32,000 nucleotides of DNA from Horticoccus luteus. GTDB lineage: Bacteria > Verrucomicrobiota > Verrucomicrobiia > Opitutales > Opitutaceae. Positions 26,121 to 32,000 of this stretch are shown here, piece after piece. Positions within the stretch are counted from its first letter, which is position 1. The number at the start of each line of letters is the position of its first letter. The stretch is taken from positions 1,980,001 through 2,012,000 of the forward strand of contig NZ_CP080507.1 of assembly GCF_019464535.1 (NCBI RefSeq), in the 5' to 3' direction. Made by a program: the position numbers and the translations under genes. Below the pieces are notes generated by a model. The model was not told where the DNA came from, did not search any database, and saw only the letters and a list, made by a program, of their open reading frames with translations.

Positions 26121-27359
26121 TCAGGGGACAAAACGTTTCACAATCAACGTGGAATTGATGCCGAGCATCCCGAATGAATTGTTCAGGATCACGTCGACCT
26201 GCCCCACCCGCTGCGGTTCGTTCAACACCAGGTTGGGCAACGCACATTGCGGGTCGAGGGCATCGACGTTGATCGTGGGATGCACCACCAAGTCATCGAA
26301 CGACGGCAGATTGCCCGCGAGTTCCAGTGCGCCCGCCGCCCCCATGCAGTGGCCGATAAAACTCTTGGTGTTGTTGATGTAAGTATCAGGACAACCTTCG
26401 CCAAACACGGCGCGAATCGCCTCGCACTCCTGAATGTCGCCCAGCGGCGTCGCCGTGGCGTGCGTGTTGACGATATGGACATCGCGTGGCCGGAGGCCGG
26501 CATGGGCGATCGACTTGCGCACGCATTCAGCCTGCCGCACCGGATTGGGCAGCACGTAATCGCTGGCGTCTGAGTTCACCGCATAGCCCGCAATCTCCGC
26601 GTAAATCTTCGCTCCCCGGGCCAAGGCGTCGTCAAGCCGCTCCAGCGTATAAAGCCCCCCGCCTTCGGATACGACGATGCCGTTGCGCGCCAGATCAAAC
26701 GGCCGTGAAGCCTTCGCGGGATCGTCGTTGGTGGCGAGCGCGCCCTGCGACTTGAAGCCGGCGAAAATCCCAAACGTGTGAATGCTTTCGCTCACGCCAC
26801 CGCAAATCGCGAAATCCACCTCACCGAGGCGCAACATTTGCGTGGCGTGGATCAGGCCCATGTTCCCCGCCGCGCAGGCCGCGCCGATCGTGTAAGCCGG
26901 ACCCGTCACGCCAAGATTGAGCGACGTCTCTCCCGCCGGGTTGTTGGCGACGGTGCGCGGGTTGTGATAATGGGACCAGAACTTGGTGTCGTAGTTGAAC
27001 TTCGAGATGTTAAAAATCTCATTCTCCGTCTCGACGTTGCCGTGTTCGGTGCAGCCGATGTAAATGCCCACGCGATCCTTCGGAAGCCCCGCGAAGTTGA
27101 CCTGACTGTCGGCCAGCGCCTCGCGCGCGCAGTAAATCGAAATCGAGCCCGCGCGCGTGCCTACGCGAACTTCCTTTTTCGTCTGATACTTCAGCGGGTC
27201 GTAATGGCAGACGCCGGCCAGAAGTGAGCCCATGTAACGCACATCGAGACGTTCGATGCCGGAAACGCCCGTCAGCAAATTACGACGAAACTCGGCCAAG
27301 GTGTTGCCGTTGGGAGCCGTGAGACCGACCCCGGTGATGACGATGCGCGGGAGCTGCAT
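26121..27359 (-). CDS. Beta-ketoacyl-ACP synthase, KAS I/II (FabF/FabB-like) elongating type
   Basis: The ATG at 27359 gives MQLPRIVITGVGL and a 412-aa product. The 670-aa ORF in the track is an upstream run-on antisense to galE. The Cys-His-His triad sits in TIGAACAAGN, NTHATATPLGD and KSFIGHCMGAAG. Confidence 0.88.
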   Translation of the reverse strand: MQLPRIVITGVGLTAPNGNTLAEFRRNLLTGVSGIERLDVRYMGSLLAGVCHYDPLKYQTKKEVRVGTRAGSISIYCAREALADSQVNFAGLPKDRVGIYIGCTEHGNVETENEIFNISKFNYDTKFWSHYHNPRTVANNPAGETSLNLGVTGPAYTIGAACAAGNMGLIHATQMLRLGEVDFAICGGVSESIHTFGIFAGFKSQGALATNDDPAKASRPFDLARNGIVVSEGGGLYTLERLDDALARGAKIYAEIAGYAVNSDASDYVLPNPVRQAECVRKSIAHAGLRPRDVHIVNTHATATPLGDIQECEAIRAVFGEGCPDTYINNTKSFIGHCMGAAGALELAGNLPSFDDLVVHPTINVDALDPQCALPNLVLNEPQRVGQVDVILNNSFGMLGINSTLIVKRFVP

Positions 27360-27434
27360 GAAAAGAGAGGCCGAAATCGCTAGCCAACCCCGCCGTGAAA
27401 GCAATACAAGCCTCGCCGTCTTTTGCCTAAGCTT

Positions 27435-28439
27435 ATGAACGTTCTGGTCATCGGAGGTGCCGGTTACATTGGAAGTCATTGCGTGCGACAGCTTGTCGCC
27501 GCCGGACACCGCCCCGTCGTGCTCGATAATCTCGTCTACGGTCATCGCGCCGCCGTGCCTGCCGGTGTGCCGCTTCACCAAGTCGACCTTGGCGACGAGT
27601 CCGCGGTCGGCCGCATCCTGGTCGACGAAAAGATCGAGCTGGTGATGCACTTCGCCGCTTATTGCTACGTCGGCGAATCTGTCACGGATCCGCTGAAATA
27701 TTATTTCAACAACGTGGTGGCGCCCGTCCATCTGCTGAATGCGATGCTCACCGCGGGCGTGAAGAAATTCGTTTTCTCCTCCACGTGCGCCACCTACGGC
27801 GTGCCTGCGTCCCTGCCGATCGTCGAGACGCTGCTCCAAGCCCCGATCAATCCCTACGGGCAGACGAAGCTCGACGTCGAAAACCTCCTCAAGAGCCTCG
27901 CCCAAGCGCACGGATTGAGTTTCGCCGCCTTCCGCTACTTCAACGCCGCCGGTGCCTCGGAAGATGCATCCATCGGTGAAGACCATGACCCGGAAACCCA
28001 CCTCATCCCTGTCGCCATCGACGTTGCGACGGGCAAGCGCCCTCACCTGCAGCTTTTCGGAACCGATTATCCCACCCCGGACGGCACCTGCCTGCGAGAC
28101 TACGTGCATGTCGACGATCTGAGTCGCGCGCACATCGCTGCATTCGATCGGCTGGCCACGCCCGGCACGCAGCTTTTCTACAATCTCGGCACCGGCCGCC
28201 CGTCATCGAACCGCGAAGTCATACGCGCGGTGGAAAAAGCCACGGGCCGCACGATCACGGTGATCGAGAGCCCGCGTCGCGCGGGCGATCCGCCGGCGTT
28301 GTTCGCCGATTCCAGCAAAGCCCAACGCGAACTCGGTTGGACGATCAAGTTTCCCGATATCGACTCCATCGTCGCCACTGCGTGGAAATGGCACCGCGCG
28401 CATCCGCAAGGCTACGCTGATCGCGCGCCGCGCCAGTAA
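27435..28439 (+). CDS. galE: UDP-glucose 4-epimerase
   Basis: The ATG at 27435 gives MNVLVIGGAGYIGSH. Matches are YVGESVTDPLKYYFNNV, SSTCATYG, PINPYGQTK (YxxxK), FRYFNAAGA, DGTCLRDYVHVDDL and RRAGDPPALFADSSKAQRELGW. Confidence 0.9.
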   Translation: MNVLVIGGAGYIGSHCVRQLVAAGHRPVVLDNLVYGHRAAVPAGVPLHQVDLGDESAVGRILVDEKIELVMHFAAYCYVGESVTDPLKYYFNNVVAPVHLLNAMLTAGVKKFVFSSTCATYGVPASLPIVETLLQAPINPYGQTKLDVENLLKSLAQAHGLSFAAFRYFNAAGASEDASIGEDHDPETHLIPVAIDVATGKRPHLQLFGTDYPTPDGTCLRDYVHVDDLSRAHIAAFDRLATPGTQLFYNLGTGRPSSNREVIRAVEKATGRTITVIESPRRAGDPPALFADSSKAQRELGWTIKFPDIDSIVATAWKWHRAHPQGYADRAPRQ

Positions 28440-28447
28440 GAACGTCG

Positions 28448-29893
28448 CTATTGCCCGGCTCCGCCGCGCAGTCGCCTCCACGTGGCCCTGGAAACGCCGA
28501 GTTTTCCCGCCGCCGCCTCCTCGTCGCCGTCCTCAGCCTTGAGCGCGTGCTCCACGAGGCGCTTTTCCACGGCCGCCCAGACGCCTGATTCGTCGTTCGC
28601 CAGCTCCGTATAAAGCGCGGCGATCGCCCTTGAGATGCTCGACTCTGCATCCGCCGCAGGCTCGGTGGACACGGGTGCTGGCTGGGACGTTGGCTCGGCG
28701 CGGTCGCGAACTTCCGCGGGCAGATCCTTCAGCAAAATGGAGTCCCCTTGGGCGATGACGGCGCTGCGGTAGATGACGTTTTCCAACTCTCGCACATTCC
28801 CCGGCCAAGGATAGCGCGTGAGCACCGCCAAGGCTTCGGGAGAAACTTTGCCGACCCGTGTCTTCCTGCTTTTGACGAGATTCTGGAGGCAGAAATCGAC
28901 GATTTGCGGAATGTCTTCCGCTCGATCGCGCAACGCCGGCATGCGGATACGCACGACATTAAGCCGGTAGTACAAATCTTCGCGAAACGTCTTCGCTTTA
29001 ACCATCGCCTCGAGATCCTTGTTCGTCGCGGCCAAAATCCGGACGTCCACCCGGATGGTCTCGCTTCCGCCGACGCGCTGAATGTCGCCCTGCTGCAGCA
29101 CGCGCAGGATTTTCGTCTGCGTGGCGAGCGCCATGTCGCCGATCTCATCGAGGAAAATCGTGCCGCCGTCGCATAACTCAAATTTTCCGATGCGTTGCCC
29201 GGTTGCGCCGGTGAACGCACCTTTTTCGTGTCCGAACAGCTCGCTTTCGATCAGGTTGTCAGGAATCGCCGCGCAGTTGACCGCGATGAACGGTTTGCTG
29301 GCGCGGTGGCTGTGCTTCCAGATCGAGCGGGCGACGAGCTCTTTGCCCGTGCCGCTCTCTCCCGTGATCATCACCGTGACATCGCTCGCCGTCACCTGCC
29401 CGATCGTTTTGAAGACCTCCTGCATCGCCGCCGAATTCCCCACGATGCCTTCCTTGAAATCGTCGCTCGAAACGGTCGGCTTGTAATCTCCCACGGCGCG
29501 CAAATCGGCATGGGTCTTCAATGCGTTCTCGACCAACGCCAACACCTTGTCGGGCGCAAACGGCTTCATGACGTAATCGAACGCCCCGTATTTCATCGCC
29601 TCGATCGCCGTCTGTGCCGTGCCGAATGCCGTCATGAGCACGACGAGCTGCTTCGGGTTGACGGAACGGAGGTGCTGCAAGGTTTCGATGCCGCTCATGC
29701 CGCCCATGCGCACGTCGAGAAAAATAAGATCCGGCGGCGGACCCTTCTTTAGGACGGCCACGCCTTGTTCACCGCTGCCCGCTTCGGTCACCAGAAAGTG
29801 CCGCGAGGCCAGCACCCGCGTGAGCGAGTAGCGGATCTCCGCGTCGTCGTCGATGATGAGAATGGTGGGCGGCTTGAGCTCGGGCATGCGCAA
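28448..29893 (-). CDS. Sigma-54-dependent response regulator (NtrC family: REC + AAA+ + Fis-type HTH)
   Basis: The REC domain has ILIIDDD...LIFLDVRMGGMSG. The AAA+ domain has GESGTGKE, the sigma-54 contact loop EKGAFTGA, and TIFLDEIGD. The C-terminal HTH is AAAGKLGVSRATWRRL. No kinase gene is adjacent. Confidence 0.9.
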   Translation of the reverse strand: MRMPELKPPTILIIDDDAEIRYSLTRVLASRHFLVTEAGSGEQGVAVLKKGPPPDLIFLDVRMGGMSGIETLQHLRSVNPKQLVVLMTAFGTAQTAIEAMKYGAFDYVMKPFAPDKVLALVENALKTHADLRAVGDYKPTVSSDDFKEGIVGNSAAMQEVFKTIGQVTASDVTVMITGESGTGKELVARSIWKHSHRASKPFIAVNCAAIPDNLIESELFGHEKGAFTGATGQRIGKFELCDGGTIFLDEIGDMALATQTKILRVLQQGDIQRVGGSETIRVDVRILAATNKDLEAMVKAKTFREDLYYRLNVVRIRMPALRDRAEDIPQIVDFCLQNLVKSRKTRVGKVSPEALAVLTRYPWPGNVRELENVIYRSAVIAQGDSILLKDLPAEVRDRAEPTSQPAPVSTEPAADAESSISRAIAALYTELANDESGVWAAVEKRLVEHALKAEDGDEEAAAGKLGVSRATWRRLRGGAGQ

Positions 29894-29971
29894 ATGACCG
29901 CAGTGTTCGTGCCAGTTGGCGCTGGCGAATTGCAGCCGGCAGCATTTGTTGCGGGCATGCTACGGTGGTCA

Positions 29972-30739
29972 ATGAACTTGTTCCGCGTGCGCGGGATCCA
30001 GGTCGCGGTGCACGCCAGCTTTTTTCTTCTCCTTGGCTATATCGCCTGGGAAGGCGAAAAAGCCGCGGGCCTGCCGGGCGCCCTCTGGAGCGCCACCGCC
30101 GTTTGCGCATTCTTTGCCTGCGTGGTTTTGCACGAACTCGGGCACAGTTTCACGGCGATGCATTTTGGGATTCGGGTGCCGCGCATCCTCTTGATGCCAA
30201 TCGGGGGCATGGCGCAATTTGATCGGATTCCGCGCGAGCCCCGTCAGGAGCTCCTCATCACGGTCGCCGGCCCCTTGGTGAATTTCGCGCTGGCTGGGTT
30301 GCTCTGGTTGGCGGTCTCGTTTCCCGCCGGCTGGATGCAGGTGGAAATCCCGCGGTCCGTAGGTGATCTCGGGCGTCAGCTCTTCGTCGCCAATCTCGTC
30401 ATGGGCATCTTCAATTTTCTGCCCGCGTTTCCGATGGATGGCGGTCGCATCTTGCGCGCGTTGCTCGCCTTCCGACTGCCCTATTTACGGGCAACTTGGT
30501 GGGCGGCCACGGCGGGCAAAGTTGTCGCAGGATCGTGCATCGTGCTGGTGCTTCTGTGGCCCGCGGACGCGGCATGGGAACAGCGGGGACTGCGCGCCGC
30601 CCTTTTTCTTTTCATCTTCATCGCCGGCGAAACCGAATATCGGATGCTCATGCGCCACGAACGGGAAGAGGAACACTGGCGGCGCACCTTGGCGCGTCTC
30701 GCCGCGACCCGCACCGATCCGCCCGTGCTCTCGCCGTAG
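29972..30739 (+). CDS. M50-family (site-2 protease-like) membrane metalloprotease
   Basis: The start is ATG at 29972 or 29957, although the ORF opens at 29765. The HExxH motif is HELGHSFTA. The second metal motif is NFLPAFPMDGGRILRA. There are multiple hydrophobic segments. Confidence 0.82.
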   Translation: MNLFRVRGIQVAVHASFFLLLGYIAWEGEKAAGLPGALWSATAVCAFFACVVLHELGHSFTAMHFGIRVPRILLMPIGGMAQFDRIPREPRQELLITVAGPLVNFALAGLLWLAVSFPAGWMQVEIPRSVGDLGRQLFVANLVMGIFNFLPAFPMDGGRILRALLAFRLPYLRATWWAATAGKVVAGSCIVLVLLWPADAAWEQRGLRAALFLFIFIAGETEYRMLMRHEREEEHWRRTLARLAATRTDPPVLSP

Positions 30740-30995
30740 CCGTCCTGTCCACCGGCTCTGAAGCGAGGCGCATCGTTTCAAGCGTTCGCCCGCCGCGCTA
30801 CTCACACGCGGCACGCGTCACTCGGGGTGCGGATGATCGTTTTATCCGACCAAACCGGCGCGATATGCGCTTCTCGCCGACTGCGCCGGGCTTGTCCCCT
30901 ACCTTCCCTTCGGAACGCCTCCCGCTGGGCGACGCCACGTAGTTATGAGACGCTCTGTGCGCCCTGCCGCCTCTCAACGACTGCCATCCGTTCTC

Positions 30996-31526
30996 ATGTC
31001 CACTGAAGTCCTTCCTCTTGCTCATCTCGCGGTGAAACGCGTCGCCGCGCTCGACGATTTTTCATCGGTCGCGTCCATGTGGCAGACGTTTTGGCGGAAG
31101 TGCGGACGGGCGGCCCGGCACCCGACTCCCGCTGAAACCGTGACGTGCTACGGGCGCCTCGCGAATGCCACGCCGCACTTCCTGACGTTGATTTCAGACG
31201 AACGATTGATCGGCGTAGTGCCGCTTGTCGCCGCCCGCGTGGACGCGGCGCGTGTGCTCCAGCTCTTGGCCCGAGGGAGCGACGAAACCTTCGACGCCTT
31301 GGTCGAACCCGGTTTCGAGCCTGCCGCCGGCACCGCAGTGTTCGAATTTCTCGCCCAACGCGCGGCGGAGTGGGACTGCTGCGAGTTCAGCGGACTCAGG
31401 GCTGGCTCGATTCTGTTGAACCCCGAGGTCCCGTTGACGTGGAGCGACCGCATGGAGCCGCACGACCCTTCGCCCGTGGAAGCTCCTCGCTACCGGCGGA
31501 TATTGCGGCACGCCGCCGCCGCGTGA
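30996..31526 (+). CDS. Hypothetical protein; resembles only the N-terminal region of CelD/BioF2-like GNAT proteins
   Basis: Codon usage looks coding. The layout W..FW......P....W.......A.P.FL.L..D..LIGVVPL....(R.L.LL..G..D..D.LVEPG)....VFEFL.....WD..EFSGL matches my recollection of the N-terminal half of CelD-like acetyltransferases. The acetyltransferase half is missing. An alternative ATG lies at 30945. Confidence 0.4.
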   Translation: MSTEVLPLAHLAVKRVAALDDFSSVASMWQTFWRKCGRAARHPTPAETVTCYGRLANATPHFLTLISDERLIGVVPLVAARVDAARVLQLLARGSDETFDALVEPGFEPAAGTAVFEFLAQRAAEWDCCEFSGLRAGSILLNPEVPLTWSDRMEPHDPSPVEAPRYRRILRHAAAA

Positions 31527-31658
31527 AGTTGGCCGGCTGCGTGGCCGGACGTGCTCCCGCTCCCGGGCGCGCCCTCGCGCGTGCCGCAGGTGCAGGCGCA
31601 GGCGCCAGCCCGGGCGGTCACTTGACCCCTGCCGGTGCGCGGTATTCCATGGCGGAGC

Positions 31659-32000
31659 ATGTCAACTGCCGCCGTCTCAACGCCCGTGCTCTGCTGTGTG
31701 CTCGCGTTCAACTCCAACAACGAGATCGCAGTGCGGCGGCTCGGCGCGAAAGCCGGCCTGCCCTTCACCGGCGTCGATCTGGCGATGGCGACAGCGCGGC
31801 TTGAGAACGCGTTTGCGGAACACACTCCGCCGCGCGAATTTTACACCGCGGACGGCGGCGGTCGGCGCCACCGCGTGTTTTTCGCCCAAGTCGCCGGCCC
31901 TTCCGCGGACGCCGAAATACGTTTCAGTTCATTCGACGCCCTGCTCGCGGAGCCCAGCGCACTCGCGCCATCGCTGGCCGCCGTGCTGGGCGGGCTCGAG
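31659..32000 (+). CDS. Hypothetical protein, 5' part only (runs off the window)
   Basis: The frame is open from the ATG at 31659 to the window end (114 codons), with high GC3 and coding-like composition. It is absent from the ORF track because no stop is reached. I recognised no family. Confidence 0.4.
   Translation, partial: MSTAAVSTPVLCCVLAFNSNNEIAVRRLGAKAGLPFTGVDLAMATARLENAFAEHTPPREFYTADGGGRRHRVFFAQVAGPSADAEIRFSSFDALLAEPSALAPSLAAVLGGLE

Noticed and set aside
27360-28133. An N-terminal 258-codon extension of the KAS ORF (the track lists 670 aa, 26121..28133).
   Set aside because: The extension is antisense to a canonical galE and carries no KAS homology. A normal KAS N-terminus (MQLPRIVITGVGL) starts at the ATG at 27359.
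27435-28439. The GalE-like extended SDR as a surrogate OleD for the adjacent cluster.
   Set aside because: The sequence carries the full set of canonical UDP-glucose 4-epimerase motifs and is divergently transcribed. Nothing suggests 3-ketoacid reductase specificity.
31145-31804. A 219-aa plus-strand ORF overlapping the CelD-like ORF in another frame.
   Set aside because: It is extremely Arg/Ala/Gly-rich (RRRR and AGAGAG runs), typical of an off-frame reading of GC-rich DNA.
1-32000. CRISPR arrays, transposases/IS elements, prophage genes, toxin-antitoxin pairs and known defence-system genes.
   Set aside because: I could see no regularly spaced direct repeats. No ORF carries DDE/integrase/recombinase, nuclease-helicase defence or small TA-pair signatures. 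Essentially every kilobase is accounted for by the genes listed.

Overview
This is a 32-kb, high-GC, gene-dense bacterial chromosomal window. The envelope genes look Gram-negative (Pal-like lipoprotein, LepB, sigma-54 activator). The lineage cannot be fixed without a database search. I can support 31 protein genes (one runs off the 3' end), one tRNA-Lys(UUU) and three or four hairpin terminators. I saw no CRISPR array, transposase, integrase or phage genes. Positions 0-18 kb and 27.4-32 kb are ordinary housekeeping and envelope genes: beta-CASP MBL hydrolase, apaG, purH, M48 and M20 peptidases, Pal-like lipoprotein, NarL-type regulator, ECF sigma/anti-sigma pair, ruvA, dapB, dapA, pilT, fabD-lepA-lepB, malQ, galE, an NtrC-type activator, an M50 protease and two unknowns. 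The stand-out region is 18.1-27.4 kb, with nine consecutive minus-strand genes. In transcription order they are a KAS I/II-type condensing enzyme, a non-AcpP-type ACP, a CrtI-family flavoprotein, a secreted DUF3300 protein with a long Pro/Arg-rich tail, a second CrtI-family flavoprotein, a FabZ-type dehydratase, a FabI-type enoyl reductase, an OleA-type head-to-head thiolase and an OleB-type alpha/beta hydrolase. OleC, OleD, a ketoreductase, an acyltransferase and a transporter are all absent from the locus. This looks like a dedicated pathway for a specialised lipid or polyene-like product, and I cannot match its composition to any characterised cluster. It is my candidate for the undescribed system. 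All functional calls rest on motifs read by eye from the ORF translations; no alignments or searches were run. Many long ORFs on the opposite strand of real genes are high-GC shadow ORFs and were rejected.
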